From positions 155,250,001-155,314,000 of the forward strand of contig CM059431.1 in assembly GCA_030390025.1 (NCBI GenBank): a stretch of 64,000 nucleotides of DNA, read 5' to 3'. Under the pieces are notes generated by a model. The model was not told where the DNA came from. It made no database searches and worked only from the letters and a program-made list of their open reading frames with translations. Source of the stretch: Squalus acanthias. Lineage: Eukaryota. The translations under genes were made by a program, and so were the position numbers. This document shows, piece by piece, positions 62,445-64,000 of this stretch (the first letter of the stretch is position 1; each line of letters starts with the position of its first letter).

Positions 62445-62820
62445 CACCCATGTGCATTCTGACCTACACTGGCTCACGATCCGGCAACACCTCGATTTAA
62501 AAATTCTCATCATTGTTTTCAAATCCCTCCATGGCTCACCACTCCCAATCTGTGTCACCTCCTCCAAATCTAAACCGTCGAGATTTCTGCGTACCCGTAA
62601 TTCTGGCCACTTGCGCATCCCCGAATTTCTACTGCCCTAAAGTCTGGAATTCCATCTCTCTCCCTATGACGCTGTTCAAAACATACCTCTGTGGCCAGGC
62701 TTTTGGTCACCTGTCCTAATATGTGGCTCGGTGTTAAATTTTGTTTGATAACGCTCCTGCGATGTAACTTGGAACATCTTATTACGTTAAAAAAGCTGTA
62801 TAAATGAAAGCTGTTGCTGT
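62445..62820 (+). mobile_element. L2 LINE 3' fragment
   Basis: ITHVHSDLHWLTIRQHLDLKILIIVFKSLHG and an L2-type 3' UTR ending gctgttgctgt. Confidence 0.8.
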
Positions 62821-63256
62821 GGAGACTGTAATCTTGCCTCATCAACAGGATAAGTCGGGTATTTGGCTATTCTACCTAGGCAGGACCTTTGCTGTACGCC
62901 ATCTCATCCGGAATCAGTCCCTGGATGCTGCAGATACTTTACAGCACATTCATCTTGTCCGCAACCTTTTGCCAGGAAAGCTACAGTGCCATCCTGTGGG
63001 CTCGGAGCCCTAGAATATTGAGCCCGACCTCTTGTGCCAGACATGGTGTGCTGCCATCCTGTGGGGTGGGGCTGGGTCCGTGGATTGTCAGTGTCGGGCT
63101 GGGTGAGTGCAGTGTTCGGTTGTGTGAGTGGGGTTTCGGTTTTGGGTTGGGTCAGTGGGGTATTATTGTGGGTTTGGGTCAGTGGGGTTGTTTGGGCGTG
63201 TTAATGAGAGCCGCACTCCCGCCATGCCTGTCTGTGTTGGGCAATTGGAAGAACGT

Positions 63257-63975
63257 ATAGCCCGGCGGGGAGGCTTCATTTAAGGGTAAGGTGTCATCAC
63301 CCCTCAGCTAGTTTCCATCAGGGCCATGATGTCGATCCAATCATCCACGATATGCTCATGGATGGCAAGAATCAACATTCTGGAGGTAGATGCGGAGAGA
63401 TTCGGTGATGTCTAATCCACTGCCAGTGTCCAAAGGTTCAGCACTGGGAGGGATGAGTTAGACGGGAAGTAGATTGACAAGATTAGATCACAGTGAATGA
63501 GCTAGGCGGGAAGCTTGACGAAAGAGTAGGATAATACAGCTGGGATTGCTGCTCGTGAGGAAGCAGCAACGAGTGCCACGGTGGGAATTTCGGAGGATGC
63601 TAAGAGAGACACAGAGGGAAGCTGTAGACTTATCTAAGAGGGAGTCAAACCTGGGACGTCAGCAGTAAAGTAGGAAGTTCGAAGAGTAATGAAGCGTTGG
63701 TGTTGGGATTTGGAAGAGCAGTGTATGCCAGAAGAAGAGATGAAAGGAGGCATGATGAAAGAAGAGAGCGATCAGGGATGGATAGAGAGAAAAGGAAAAG
63801 TGGAGTAAAACGTGGAAATAGAAGTGAACGGTTCGGGTCCGCAGCGCCAGCCAACATGCACACACACGACCAGCGGGCCTCACTGGATTTTACTGGGCAG
63901 CTGTTTGTGTCACACCTGATGTGGAGAGTTGATCGTAACACTCGGGAAATGCTCGATCTCATACCTAACAGCGAC
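63257..63975 (-). mobile_element. L2 LINE 5' fragment homologous to ~57700-58430
   Basis: Shared gaggcttcatttaagggtaaggtgtcatcacccctcagc and tcaaacctggga...gtcacacctgatgtg blocks. Confidence 0.8.
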
Positions 63976-64000
63976 TTTATATATTTTTTAACAAGGCAAC

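Noticed and set aside
52600..64000. Downstream NACHT or LRR exons completing a canonical NLR
   Set aside because: No long non-TE ORF, Walker A motif or LRR-type exon seen; the region is LINE and MITE debris. Such exons could still lie beyond the window.

Overview
Vertebrate genomic DNA, almost certainly a cartilaginous fish (shark/ray), inferred from HE1/V-SINE-type SINEs, CR1 LINEs sharing their 3' tail, L2 LINEs and a Penelope-like fragment. The long ORFs in the track are retrotransposon-derived. Positions ~1-49905 are a head-to-tail array of at least five copies of a ~6.9-kb unit, each with its own private TE insertions. Each unit carries two small + strand exons: exon A (170 nt, phase 1-0) and exon B (199 nt, phase 0-1). 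Spliced together they give one 123-aa module that resembles, from my recollection rather than a search, the CARD-like death-fold domain at the N-terminus of shark NLR proteins. About 210 bp after the array ends, a phase 1-1 exon encodes a clear transmembrane helix followed by CCWQNRKNR, then a possible 21-nt microexon and a candidate terminal exon with stop and AATAAA. The best model is the 3' part of a gene for a membrane-anchored protein with at least five tandem CARD-like domains and no NACHT/LRR exon in the window; its 5' end lies upstream. Other notable points are repeated TE insertion into MITE hairpins, a ~1-kb Penelope-derived palindrome with two hammerhead-ribozyme cores, inverted TE pairs flanking an in-frame exon pair, and a SINE with a twin-priming-like inversion. 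Positions 52.6-64 kb are nested, older LINE debris.
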